Origin: an uncultured Chloroflexia bacterium
GTDB taxonomy: Bacteria > Chloroflexota > Dehalococcoidia > DSTF01 > JALHUB01
Assembly (NCBI GenBank): GCA_963763495.1
Contig: CAVXOY010000015.1
Coordinates: 38,574 to 102,573, forward strand
Length of the DNA: 64,000 bases
Reading direction: 5' to 3'
Shown here: one piece after another, positions 20,565 through 30,990 of the stretch
Layout: every line of letters begins with the position of its first letter
Position numbering within the stretch: the stretch's first letter is position 1
Made by a program: the position numbers and the translations under genes
Notes under the pieces: generated by a model
What the model was told of the DNA's origin: nothing
Databases searched by the model: none
What the model saw: only the letters and a program-made list of their open reading frames with translations

Positions 20565-21856
20565 TACGATAAGTTGACTCTCTTGAAGGAGTGGTCGACG
20601 TACTTGGTGTAGATGCTGTAGTCGAATATGGCGTCCAGGTCGGCAGCGGAGAGAAGGCTGTTCACCTCCGGGTCAGCCTCCACGAGGCCGCGAAGAGCAC
20701 AGCGCTCCTTCCACGCCCGCATAGAGTTCGCCTGGACGATACCGTACGCCTTCTCGCGGCTCAGCCCCTTGTCGATCAGGGCAAGGAGCAGGCGCTGCGA
20801 GAACCCTAGTCCCTGCGTCAGCTCCATGTTCTCCCGCATCCGTTCCGGGTACACCTGGAGGCCCTTCATGACATAGGTGAAGAGGTCCAGCATATAGTCG
20901 ACGAGGAGGCAGGCGTCGGGCAGGATTATCCGCTCCGGCGCCGAGTCTGTGAGGTCGCGCTCGTGCCAGAGGGCGACGTTCTCCAGCCCCGTCAGAGCAT
21001 AGCCGCGGACGACACGGGCCAGTCCGCAGACGCGCTCGCATTTCTCCGGGTTGCGCTTGTGGGGCATCGCGCTGGAGCCCGCCTGTCCCTTCTCAAACGG
21101 CTCCTCAACCTCCAAGACCTCGGTGCGCTGGAGATGGCGGATCTCGGTCGCGAACCGGTCGAGAGAGGAGGCGAGGATCGCCAGGGTGGTCAGGAAACGG
21201 GCGTGGCGGTCGCGGTGGACGATCTGAGTGCTGACCGGCTCGACGCCCAGGCCCAGACGGGCGCACACCGCCTCTTCGATCTCAGGCGGGACGGTGGCGT
21301 GGCTGCCCACGGGGCCGCTGATCTTGCCGACTGCCACTTCCTCCCGCGCGTCCGCTAGGCGGCGCTGGTTGCGGCGTAGCTCGTCGACCCAGCTTGCCAG
21401 CTTCAGACCGAAGGTGATGGGTTCGGCATGGACGCCGTGTGTCCGCCCCATCATGAGCGTGTACTTGTGCTCGCGGGCGCGCTCCTCGACGGCGGCTGTG
21501 AGAGCGACGAGGTCACGCTGGATGACATCGCTGGCGTCGCGAAGCTGCATGCCGAGGGCGGTATCGACGACGTCGTAGGAGGTCAGCCCCATGTGGACGT
21601 AGCGGCCCTCCTCGCCCAGGCTGTCGGTGACGGTGCGCAGGAAGGAGATGACGTCGTGGTGGATCTCCTTGAGATAGCGCTCCATCTCCTCGAGGTTGTA
21701 GCGGGCGTGGCGTATCTTCTCCGCAGCCTCGCGGGGGATGTCGCCGCGCTCAGCCCAGGCGTCGCAGACAGCGATCTCGACCTGGAGCCAGCGGTCGTAC
21801 TTGCCCTGGTCGGACCAGATAGCGGCCATATCGGGGCGAGAGTATTTCGGGATCAT
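20564..21856 (-). CDS. purB: Adenylosuccinate lyase
   Basis: MIPKYSRP, VHMGLTSYD, GRTHGVHAEP and GSSAMPHKRNP signature. Confidence 0.97.
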   Translation of the reverse strand: MIPKYSRPDMAAIWSDQGKYDRWLQVEIAVCDAWAERGDIPREAAEKIRHARYNLEEMERYLKEIHHDVISFLRTVTDSLGEEGRYVHMGLTSYDVVDTALGMQLRDASDVIQRDLVALTAAVEERAREHKYTLMMGRTHGVHAEPITFGLKLASWVDELRRNQRRLADAREEVAVGKISGPVGSHATVPPEIEEAVCARLGLGVEPVSTQIVHRDRHARFLTTLAILASSLDRFATEIRHLQRTEVLEVEEPFEKGQAGSSAMPHKRNPEKCERVCGLARVVRGYALTGLENVALWHERDLTDSAPERIILPDACLLVDYMLDLFTYVMKGLQVYPERMRENMELTQGLGFSQRLLLALIDKGLSREKAYGIVQANSMRAWKERCALRGLVEADPEVNSLLSAADLDAIFDYSIYTKYVDHSFKRVNLS

Positions 21857-22179
21857 TTGTCCAGATACTCCGTGCGAACCGGCGCGAAGATGTCGATGGC
21901 GATGCTGTCCTCCAGCGCTGTCACCATATGGGGCTCGTTGCTGGCGGCGAGATAGCTGTCGCCGGCGTGCAGCTCGCGCGCCTCACCGCCGATTGTGAAG
22001 ACGACGCGGCCGCTGGCGACGTAGCCGACCTGCTCGTGCTCGTGGCTGTGCAGGGGTACGACAGAGCCCTTGGCCAGTGTGAACTCGCCGAGCGTCACGC
22101 GGTCGCCGCTGCACAAAGTGCGGCGGATGACACCGGGGAACATCTCAACGGGCGTAGCATCGCAATTGGGCTTGAACAT
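21853..22179 (-). CDS. Cupin domain protein
   Basis: PLHSHEHEQVGYVASG and GDSYLAASNEPH cupin motifs. Confidence 0.85.
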   Translation of the reverse strand: MFKPNCDATPVEMFPGVIRRTLCSGDRVTLGEFTLAKGSVVPLHSHEHEQVGYVASGRVVFTIGGEARELHAGDSYLAASNEPHMVTALEDSIAIDIFAPVRTEYLDK

Positions 22180-22221
22180 CCTTGTCTCCTCGAAGCGGTG
22201 GGCTCGGGCGCCGTCCCTAGT

Positions 22222-22686
22222 TTACCCCGATGCCAGCCCCTGGCGGTAGTCCTCGTACGCCTTCTTGACAGCGTCGTCACTGAGGGCGAGGATTTCGGCG
22301 GCGAGGAGGGCGGCGTTGCGGGCGCCCCATTTGCCGACGGCCACGGTCGCGACCGGTACCCCCGGCGGCATCTGGGCGATCGCCATGAGGGCGTCGACGC
22401 CCTTGAGGTCGCTGGAGGCGAGAGGGACGCCGATGACGGGCAGCGCCGTGTATGCCTTGAGAGCGCCGGGAAGGGCCGCCGAGCCGCCGGCGCCGGCGAT
22501 GATGACGCGGATGCCGCGTCCCGCCGCGCCTTGGGCGAACTCGCGCACCTTCTCCGGCGTGCGATGGGCGGACATGACGTGCGTCTCGTAGGGAATGGCG
22601 AGCTTGTCGAGGGTATCGAGGCACTCCTGCATGGTGGGGGCATCGGACTTCGAGCCCATAACAACGGCAACAAGTGGTTCAGTCAT
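22222..22686 (-). CDS. purE: N5-carboxyaminoimidazole ribonucleotide mutase
   Basis: VVMGSKSD, SAHRTP, IAGAGGSAALPG, PVIGVP and MPPGVPVATV; start placed at ATG 22686. Confidence 0.95.
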   Translation of the reverse strand: MTEPLVAVVMGSKSDAPTMQECLDTLDKLAIPYETHVMSAHRTPEKVREFAQGAAGRGIRVIIAGAGGSAALPGALKAYTALPVIGVPLASSDLKGVDALMAIAQMPPGVPVATVAVGKWGARNAALLAAEILALSDDAVKKAYEDYRQGLASG

Positions 22687-22699
22687 CGGTCCTGTCCTC

Positions 22700-22753
22700 G
22701 TAGGGCGGGCATCCTGCCCGCCATCTGCCGGTCGGGCGAGACGCCCGACCCAC
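22700..22753 (+). repeat. REP doublet (REPIN-like), copy 1
   Basis: GTAG-GGCGGGCATCCTGCCCGCC palindrome plus GGTCGGGCGAGACGCCCGACC palindrome; a near-identical inverted copy lies at 56550-56613. Confidence 0.7.
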
Positions 22754-22760
22754 GAATCAT

Positions 22761-24053
22761 CTATGGTATCTCCATCCATTCCGGGCGCGGGCGAATGCGC
22801 CTCCCGGCGATGTCCTTGCGGTAGTGCATCCCCTCGAAGCGGATGCGCTCGACGTTGGCGTATGCCTTCTGCCGCGCCTCCTGCAGATTCGCGCCCAACG
22901 CGGTGACGGCGAGAACGCGCCCGCCGGCCGTCACGAACCGCCCCTGGTCGTCGGCCTTGACGCCGGCGTGGAACAGTATGACATCGGAATCGAGATCGTC
23001 AAGCCCCTCGATGGGGAAGCCGGTCGGGTATTTGCCTGGATAGCCGCCGGAGGCCAGGACGACGGTGATGCAGGCTTCGTCGCGCCACTCGACGTTCACC
23101 TCGTGCAAGCGCTCGTTGACGACAGCCCAGAGTATCTCCAAGAGATCGCTCTTCAGACGGGGGAGGATCGCCTGCGTCTCGGGGTCACCGAAGCGGCAGT
23201 TGAACTCCAGCACGTTGGGCCCCTCCTCGGTGACGAGGATGCCCGGATAGAGGACGCCGCGGTAGGGCCGGCCCTCCGCCGCCATAGCGCGGACGGTGGC
23301 GCAGGTTACGTTCTCGTGTATCCAGTCGGCCATCTCCGGCTTGACCCAGCCGGGCGGGCTGTAGGCGCCCATGCCGCCGGTGTTGGGCCCCTCGTCGTAG
23401 TCGAAGACGGGCTTGTGGTCGCAGGAGAGGGGCATGGAGATGACGGTGCGGCCGTCGCTGAACGCCTGGGCGGAGGTCTCGCGGCCGCTGAGCCGCTCCT
23501 CGACGACGATGCGACGCCCCGCCTCGCCGAAGACGCCGTCACACATGAGGGCGTCGGCGGCCTCCAGCGCTTCGGCCGAGTCGCGGGTGACGATAGCGCC
23601 CTTGCCGAGAGCCAGGCCGTCGGCCTTGACGACCAGCGGCTCCTTGTGCTCAGCGATGTAGGTGGCGGCCGCCAGGAAGGAGTCGAAGCTGCCGTGCTTG
23701 GCGGTTGGTATGCCGTGGCGCACCATGAGGTCCTTGGCGAATATCTTGCTCGCCTCCAGCGCGGCGGCGGCCTTGGTGGGCCCGAAGGCGGCGATACCGG
23801 CGGCGTTCAGGCGGTCGACGATGCCGAGAGCGAGAGGGTCGTCAGGGCCGACGACGACGAGGTCGATGCGCTGCTCTTGGGCGATGCGGACGATGCCGTC
23901 GAGGTCAGTAGCTTTCACCGGGAGGTTATCGGCGATCTGGGCGGTGCCGGCGTTACCGGGGGAGACGTAGAGAGCGTCGAGCCGGGGAGACTGACGCAGC
24001 TTCCAGGCAAGGGCGTGTTCACGGCCGCCGGAGCCGACGATGAGAACTCGCAA
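22761..24053 (-). CDS. purD: Phosphoribosylamine--glycine ligase
   Basis: [40 protein letters not shown] and GGRVL. Confidence 0.97.
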   Translation of the reverse strand: MRVLIVGSGGREHALAWKLRQSPRLDALYVSPGNAGTAQIADNLPVKATDLDGIVRIAQEQRIDLVVVGPDDPLALGIVDRLNAAGIAAFGPTKAAAALEASKIFAKDLMVRHGIPTAKHGSFDSFLAAATYIAEHKEPLVVKADGLALGKGAIVTRDSAEALEAADALMCDGVFGEAGRRIVVEERLSGRETSAQAFSDGRTVISMPLSCDHKPVFDYDEGPNTGGMGAYSPPGWVKPEMADWIHENVTCATVRAMAAEGRPYRGVLYPGILVTEEGPNVLEFNCRFGDPETQAILPRLKSDLLEILWAVVNERLHEVNVEWRDEACITVVLASGGYPGKYPTGFPIEGLDDLDSDVILFHAGVKADDQGRFVTAGGRVLAVTALGANLQEARQKAYANVERIRFEGMHYRKDIAGRRIRPRPEWMEIP

Positions 24054-24334
24054 ACGCTTCCTCTACGTTCGTGTGGGTGTGGCTGTCCGCCATCATGATG
24101 GTAACGGCTGGAAACGGCAGGGGCAAGACATCGGCTGAGCTAAAGAGGTGCCAAACGAGCTTGGACGCCTTGACATCTCAAGCTGGGCCATAGTAGCGTC
24201 GTTGAAGCCGGACAAAGTCTAGTGACCCGGTTGAGTGTACGAAGGGGAGGAGAGATTCGCCTTCCCCTACGATAGAGCTGCCCGATACGTTCGGCCGGTC
24301 TCGTCCACGATTCAGAGTTGAGGAGGTGGCATAG

Positions 24335-25594
24335 ATGAGTGACAACGGCGGAATGACATCTCGGCAGAGGGTCGTGGCTGCCCTAAATCACCAGGAGCCT
24401 GACCGCGTGCCGATCGACTTCGGCTCGAACTACAACACCAGTGTGAACGTTATCGCCTACAACCGGCTGAAGAAACATCTAGGCGTCGGAAGCCCAACAT
24501 ACATGCGTTACACGATCCCCATGCTGGCAGCGGTCGATCTGGATGAGGGCCTGGAGGTCATGAAGCTGATGGGCGGCGACGTTCTGCCGCTTCCCCGGTA
24601 TTTTGTCGATGGTGTGCTGACAAAGGACTGGAAAGAGTGGCGACTGAAGGACGGGTCAATCAGCGATGGTTCCCGGCCGTTTCAATCCCGTCGCCACCGA
24701 GAGCGGAAACCTGGAACTGACCTTTCGCGGCGTGACGCAGTTCCGCATGCCCAAGAATGGTTACTACTTCGACCGGGTCTACAATCCGCTGGCCGCCGTC
24801 GAGAGCTCTCAGCAGTTGGAGGCGTTCGCCGCCGCGTTTACGGCTGGGGGAGGCACTTCGCTCAGAGACGAAGAGGCGGAGGTCCTGAAGGGGCTGGGCC
24901 AAGAAGGCCTACGAGGAGACGGACTACGCGCTCCTGGGCGACACCTATGGGTTGTCGTTGTTCCACGTCGGCCTCGAGGCCTTCGGATATCACAAATACT
25001 TCACCATGATGGCCGCAGAGCCCGACATGGTTCACACGTGGATGTCAATTCTGACGCAGCAGTGGGAGTCCTTCCTGGCCAAGTATCTGGAGGCGGTGGG
25101 CCAGTACATCGTGGCGATCCTTATCGGCGATGACTACGGGAGCCAGCGGGCGCCGATGATCTCCGTGAAGATGTTCCGGGAGTTGTTCAAGCCCTACGTT
25201 GCCCGGATCTGCAAGTTTGTCCACGAGACGAACCCGAACGTGAAGGTGCTGCTGCATTCCTGCGGCTCGGTCGTCCCCCTGATCCCTGAGTTCATCGATG
25301 CGGGCATCGACGCCCTGAACCCCGTTCAAACGACGGCTGAGGGCATGGACCCGGCCGTGCTGAAGCGTGAGTTTGGGAAGGACATCGTCTTCTGGGGCGG
25401 CGGCGTCAGGTGTCAGAGCACCCTGGACAAGGGCACGGTGGATGACGTCAGGCGGGAGGTCAAGGAGCTGGTGGAAATCTGGAAACCGGGCGGCGGCTAC
25501 GTCTTCTGCCCCGATCACGACATCCAGGAGAACGTGTCCCCGGAGAAGATAGCCGCTGTCTACCAGACGCTGCCAGGAATACGGGCGATACTAG
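24335..25594 (+). CDS. Uroporphyrinogen decarboxylase/MtaA-CmuA methyltransferase family protein; frameshifts near 24660, 24900 and 25570
   Basis: MTSRQRVVAALNHQEPDRVPID, GDDYGSQ, LLHSCGS, DALNPVQ, FWGGGV and PGGGYVFCPDHDIQ. Confidence 0.85.
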
Positions 25595-25638
25595 GGCGCG
25601 TTCGGCCTGATTCGCCGGCGCTACCGCAAGAGTGCCTC

Positions 25639-27308
25639 TTACTCCCACTCAATCGTGCCCGGCGGCTTCGACGTGATGTCGTAGACCACGCGGTTGACGC
25701 CGGGGACCTCGTTCACTATGCGGTTGGCGATGCGGGACAGGAGGTCGTAGGGCAGGCGGGCCCAGTCGGCGGTCATGGCGTCCTCGGCGGTGACGATGCG
25801 CAGGGCGACGACGTGGCCGTAGGTGCGGAAGTCGCCCATAACGCCGACGCTGCGGCTGTCGGTGAGCACGGCAAAGGCCTGCCACAGCTCGCGGTAGAGC
25901 TTCGCCTTCTTGATCTCGTCCATCACTACCCAGTCGCAGCCCCGCAGGGTGTCCAGCTTCTCCGGCGTCACCTCGCCGATGATGCGGATGGACAGCCCAG
26001 GGCCGGGGAAGGGCTGGCGGAAGACCATCTCCTCGGGCAGGCCGACGGCGAGGCCGACCTGGCGCACCTCGTCCTTGAAGAGGTAGCGCAGGGGCTCGAT
26101 GAGCTTGAGGGTCATCTGGCTGGGCAGACCGCCGACGTTGTGGTGGGTCTTGATCTTGGCGGCAGCGCCGTCACCGGTAGGTGAGGACGCGCTCTCGATG
26201 ACGTCGGGGTAGGTGGTGCCCTGAACGATGAAGTCGACGCGGCCCAGCTTGTCCGCCTCCTCCTCGAAGACGTGGATGAACTCCTCACCGACGCGATGGC
26301 GCTTCTCCTCAGGGTCGATGACGCCGGAGAGTATCTTGAGGAAACGGTCGGTCGCATCGACGTAGATCAGGTTCATTTCCAGGTTACGGCTGAAGGTGTC
26401 GAGGACGCGCTCCGGCTCTTCGCGGCGGAGGAGGCCGTTGTTGACGAAGATGCAGGTCAACTGGTCGCCCACGGCACGGTGGACGATAGTGGCGGCGACA
26501 GCAGAGTCGACACCGCCGGAGAGGGCGCAGATGGCGCGGCCGTCGCCGATCTGGGCGCGGATGCCGTCGATGCTGTCGGCCACGAAGTTCGAGGGGGTCC
26601 AGTCGCCGCGGCAGCCGCAGACCCGATAGAGGAAGTTCTCCATGATCTGCTTGCCCTGAGGAGTATGGACAACCTCAGGGTGGAACTGGAGACCGAGCAT
26701 GCCGTGGTCGTTGCCCATTACGGCGACCGGCGAGTTGTCGGAGTAGGCGAGGGAGCGGAAGCCGACCGGCATCTGGACGATGTGGTCGCCGTGGCTCATC
26801 CAGACGGGGATGGCCGGTGGCAGGTCGGCGAATAGTTCCGAGTGTTCCGCCTGGTGGATTACGGCGTGACCGTATTCGTGCCTTTCGCTGGGGGAAACGC
26901 GCCCGCCCAGTTGGTGGGCGAGTAGCTGCATGCCATAGCAGATACCGAGGACGGGGAGCCCCTTCTCGAAGACGTAGGCAGGGGCCTGAGGAGCGCCCTC
27001 CGCATAGACGCTGGCCGGCCCACCGGAAAGAACAAAGCCTTTGAGGTTGAAGTGGGCGATCTTCTCCCAGGGGGTATTGAAGGGCACAAGCTCGCAGTAG
27101 ACGTGGCACTCGCGGATACGGCGGGCGATGAGCATGCTGTTTGGGAGCCGAAGTCGAGGACGATGACAGTCTCCGGTCCTATCCCACGGGCAGGCTCGCT
27201 GACCACCGGTTGCTCGCCGCCCTTTTCGCGCGCAATCTCAAGGTAGGTCGAGACCTCGATGTCGTCGGTCGTGGGTACGCGGTGTCCGGCTGGATCAGCG
27301 TCGGTCAT
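25639..27308 (-). CDS. guaA: GMP synthase (glutamine-hydrolysing); frameshift near 27135
   Basis: [52 protein letters not shown] and [10 protein letters not shown]. Confidence 0.96.
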
Positions 27309-27480
27309 GAGGCACTCTCACTTGGAGACTGAGGGCGATGAGGTCTGCCACTAAGCAGGGAAGCCCAGGCTCACTAGCCCAGGCCCCGTTCGATCCTCCC
27401 CCAGTCGATGTCGATTGGAGAATAGCATCCATGCTATACTGGCGTCAAGCAGAGAACGACTGGATGTCGACTGTGCGACA

Positions 27481-28128
27481 ATGCGTATGATCTCCGCCCC
27501 CTCTATCGTGGACGCTGCACCCATTGAGGCTGTCGATTGCCTGCGGCAGGGTGGCCTCGTGGCTTATCCCACAGATACCCTCTACGGCCTGGGGGCGGTG
27601 GCAACTAATGACGGCGCGGTAAGGAGGCTATTCCAAGCAAAAAACCGGACGATGCAGAAGCCCCTGCCTATACTGGTCGGCTCGCTTGAGGATGCGCGCT
27701 GGGTAGCGGACATGGAGATGGCTTTAGCGTTAAGGTTAGCATCCCGCTTCTGGCCTGGCCCTCTGACGCTGGTATTGCCACGGGCAGTTGGCTTCCATTC
27801 TCTGGCGTTGGCCGGTGGTGAGACGGTAGCGATAAGGGTCCCGAATCACGCTGTGCCCCTGGGACTTATTCGAGCTGTGGGGCAGCCATTGACGGGGACG
27901 AGCGCCAATATCTCTGGTGGAGCGGCGCCGTTGACCGCCCAAGCGGTGGCGGACCAGTTGGGAGACCGCATCGACATCATCATCGATGGCGGGCGATGTC
28001 CCGGTGGAATCGAGTCGACAGTGGTAGACTTGACAAGCGATGTCCCCCAGCTAGTACGGGAGGGGGCAATTTCAAGGGCGGAAATCGAGTCGATTACCGG
28101 CTCGCAGTTGTCAAATGCTGAGGAGTGA
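27481..28128 (+). CDS. tsaC: L-threonylcarbamoyladenylate synthase (TsaC/Sua5 family)
   Basis: YPTDTLYGL, KNR..KPL, RFWPGPLTLVL, AIRVPNH and TSANISG. Confidence 0.93.
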   Translation: MRMISAPSIVDAAPIEAVDCLRQGGLVAYPTDTLYGLGAVATNDGAVRRLFQAKNRTMQKPLPILVGSLEDARWVADMEMALALRLASRFWPGPLTLVLPRAVGFHSLALAGGETVAIRVPNHAVPLGLIRAVGQPLTGTSANISGGAAPLTAQAVADQLGDRIDIIIDGGRCPGGIESTVVDLTSDVPQLVREGAISRAEIESITGSQLSNAEE

Positions 28129-28131
28129 GCC

Positions 28132-28569
28132 ATGCGCGTTGCGATAGGAAGCGATCACGCCGGATTCCGGCTGAAGGAGATTCTGCGGGAACACGTCGCG
28201 TCTTTGGGACATGAGAGTTCTGACTTCGGCTGCCCTGATGAGACGTCGATCGACTACACCGATGTTGCCATACCGCTGGCGCGGGCAGTAGTCTCGGGCG
28301 AGCAGGAACTGGGCATCCTTATCTGCAGCAACGGCGTGGGAATGAGCATCGTCGCCAACAAGGTGAAGGGAATCCGAGCCGCGCTTTGCCACGACACCTT
28401 CAGCGCCTGCCGCGCCCGCCAGCATACAAACGCCAACGTTCTGTGCCTCGGCTCGTGGTGCATCGGTGAGGGGGTAGCGCGCGAGATAGTGGAAGCGTTC
28501 CTCGCCAATCACTTCCAGGGTGGGCGCCATATCCGACGGTTGGAGAAGGTAAGAGAGCTGGAGTCGTAG
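28132..28569 (+). CDS. rpiB: Ribose-5-phosphate isomerase B family
   Basis: IGSDHAG, GILICSNGVGMSIVANKVKGIRAA, HTNANVLCLG and FQGGRH. Confidence 0.92.
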   Translation: MRVAIGSDHAGFRLKEILREHVASLGHESSDFGCPDETSIDYTDVAIPLARAVVSGEQELGILICSNGVGMSIVANKVKGIRAALCHDTFSACRARQHTNANVLCLGSWCIGEGVAREIVEAFLANHFQGGRHIRRLEKVRELES

Positions 28570-28627
28570 AAAGCGAGACTGAGTGACCAGACCGCTGGTA
28601 GCTGCAAGGAGAGAAGGCCGTCTCACA

Positions 28628-29643
28628 ATGCTTCAAGAGAAATACGGCCCCCTGATTGAGGCGGAGATGAAGCGGGCCCTCATGGGAAGGGATCTCGTTC
28701 ACTATAGCCTCATGCGCTATCACCTGGGATGGGAGGACCGCGGAGGCAAGCGCCATCAGACGTTCCGGGGAAAGATGCTGCGGCCTCTCCTGTGCCTGGC
28801 CAGTTGCGAAGCAGTAGGCGGTGACGGGGAGCGCGCCCTTCCGGCGGCAGCGGCCCTCGAACTCCTTCACAATTTCAGCCTCATCCATGACGACATTGAG
28901 GACGGAAGCCCTCAGCGTCACGGTCGCGACACTGTCTGGCGGGTATGGGGCGTGGCTCAGGCTGTGAATGCCGGCGACGGCATGTTCGCGCTCGCCCACG
29001 TTACCCTCCACCGCTTGAGCGAGGTCGGCGTGGCGGCCGATCAGGTACTTGGCAGTGGCCCGTCTCCTGGATGAGGCATCGTTGAGACTCTGCGAGGGGC
29101 AATACCGCGACCTGAGCTACGAGGAGAGACTGGACGTGCGTTGCGACGACTATCTGGAGATGGTGGCGGGTAAGACAGCAGCCCTTATGGCGGCTTCCGC
29201 TGCCAGCGGCGCACTCATCGGCAACGCCTCCCCCGATGTCGTATCCCTCTTCGAGGAGTTTGGCAGGAACCTGGGGTTCGCTTTCCAGATCCGAGATGAT
29301 ATTCTGGGCATCTGGGGTGAGGCAGAAGAGACAGGGAAGCCGACGGGCGAGGACATTTGGACACGCAAGAAGTCTTTCCCCATTGTCTACGCCCTCGAGC
29401 GGGCTGCAGAGCAAGACCGAGAGATATTGCAGGCGGTCTACAGAAAACAAGGATTGGATGACGAAGACGTGGCGGCGGTGTCTGCGGTGCTACAAAGGGC
29501 AGGCGCTCGCGCCGGCAGCCAGCAGGTGGCCGCTGAATACGCATCCAAGGCGTTGCGGGGACTAGAGAAGCTTGACCTTGTGCCTGAGCGACACCGGGAC
29601 CTCGAGAGCTCTGGCTGACTACTTCGTCAGTCGCGAGGCCTGA
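28628..29643 (+). CDS. Polyprenyl diphosphate synthase (GGPP synthase type); frameshifts near 29050 and 29610
   Basis: GKMLRP, LIHDDIED (FARM), AVNAGD, GKTA and FQIRDDILG (SARM). Confidence 0.9.
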
Positions 29644-29705
29644 GTCGCTTGGCCGGTACTGCAGACAACTCGGTCTGCTGATCACCCAACCCTGGGAGGG
29701 AACCT

Positions 29706-30917
29706 ATGAACAAGATGACGGTACGTGACATCGATGTGAAGGGAAAACGGGTGCTCGTGCGGGTAGACTTCAACGTGCCGTTCGACAAGGAGACGGGGAA
29801 GATACTCGACGATAGCCGGTTGCGGGCGGCCCTGCCCACGATCCAATACCTGCGCGAACAGGGCGCGCGAGTAGTGCTTTGTTCTCACCTGGGACGTCCG
29901 AAGGGGAAGGTAGTGGAAGAGCTACGCATGTCGCGGGTAGGCGTCGGAGACCGGCTGAGCGAGCTACTGGGGGTACCCGTACACACGCTGTACCATGTCA
30001 TCGGCCCCAAGGCGGAGGACGCTACGAAGGCCCTGAAGCCGGGCGAGGTCATCCTGCTGGAGAACGTGCGCTTCTTCCCTGAGGAGGAGGCGAACGACCC
30101 CAAGATGTCGACGGCGCTTGCCGCCCTGGCCGATGTCTACGTCAATGACGCCTTCGGCACGGCCCATCGCGCCCATGCGTCGACGGTCGGCATAACGTCC
30201 TACCTGCCCGCTGTCGCCGGCTTCTTGATGGAGAAGGAGATTGACTACCTGAGCAAGGCGCTCAGCAATCCGGCGCGGCCCTTCGCAGCCATCATCGGTG
30301 GAGCGAAGATCAGCACAAAGATCGCCGTTCTGCGCAACCTGCTTCAGCATCTGGACTGCCTTATAGTGGGCGGCGGCATGGCCTCGACGCTTCTCAAAGC
30401 GAACGGGGTCAGCATCGGACAGTCGCTGGTCGAAGATGACCAACTAGACACGGCCCGCGACATCATGCAGCAGGCCGACGAAATCGGCGTGCCGCTTCTT
30501 CTGCCGTCGGACGTGGTGGTGGCAGACCGCTTTGCCGCTGACGCCGCCGCAGAGACGGTGCCTGTGCAACAGATACCGCCCAGCATGCGCATAATGGACA
30601 TCGGCCCCGACAGCCTGGATACGTTCCGGGAAGCGGTCGAGGACTGCAAGACGGTGATCTGGAACGGCCCTCTGGGAGTAGCCGAGTACCCGCGTTTCGC
30701 CGAGGGCTCGTTGGGGATGGCACAAGCCCTGGCCGCTCTCGATGCCACCACGATCATCGGCGGGGGAGAGACGGTAGCCCTCATCAAGGAATCAGGGCTA
30801 GAGGATCGCTTTACCCACATATCGACGGGCGGTGGCGCATCGCTTGAGTTCTTGGAGGGGAAGGTGCTGCCGGGAGTGGCGGCACTCTTGGACAAGCCCG
30901 GCGGACGCAAGGGCTAA
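29706..30917 (+). CDS. pgk: Phosphoglycerate kinase
   Basis: RVDFNVP, SHLGRPKG, LENVRF, NDAFGTAHRAH, WNGPLG and STGGGASLEFLEG. Confidence 0.97.
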   Translation: MNKMTVRDIDVKGKRVLVRVDFNVPFDKETGKILDDSRLRAALPTIQYLREQGARVVLCSHLGRPKGKVVEELRMSRVGVGDRLSELLGVPVHTLYHVIGPKAEDATKALKPGEVILLENVRFFPEEEANDPKMSTALAALADVYVNDAFGTAHRAHASTVGITSYLPAVAGFLMEKEIDYLSKALSNPARPFAAIIGGAKISTKIAVLRNLLQHLDCLIVGGGMASTLLKANGVSIGQSLVEDDQLDTARDIMQQADEIGVPLLLPSDVVVADRFAADAAAETVPVQQIPPSMRIMDIGPDSLDTFREAVEDCKTVIWNGPLGVAEYPRFAEGSLGMAQALAALDATTIIGGGETVALIKESGLEDRFTHISTGGGASLEFLEGKVLPGVAALLDKPGGRKG

Positions 30918-30990
30918 CCGGAAGCCAGTTCCATCTGTAGGTATGATTCTCCGCTGTGGCCTTCGGCCGCAAGCAGCTTGGGGTAGGAGC

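Noticed and set aside
22824-24098. Long + strand ORF opposite purD (likewise 55018-56520, 58601-59689, 53126-53338 and many others)
   Set aside because: Antisense shadow ORFs expected in high-GC coding DNA; no motifs
25595-26184. C-terminal extension of ORF 24952-26184 overlapping guaA
   Set aside because: Read-through caused by a frameshift near 25570; the natural stop TAG is at 25592-25594
28321-28335. RpiB motif CSNG instead of CGTG
   Set aside because: The catalytic Cys is retained; within ordinary family variation
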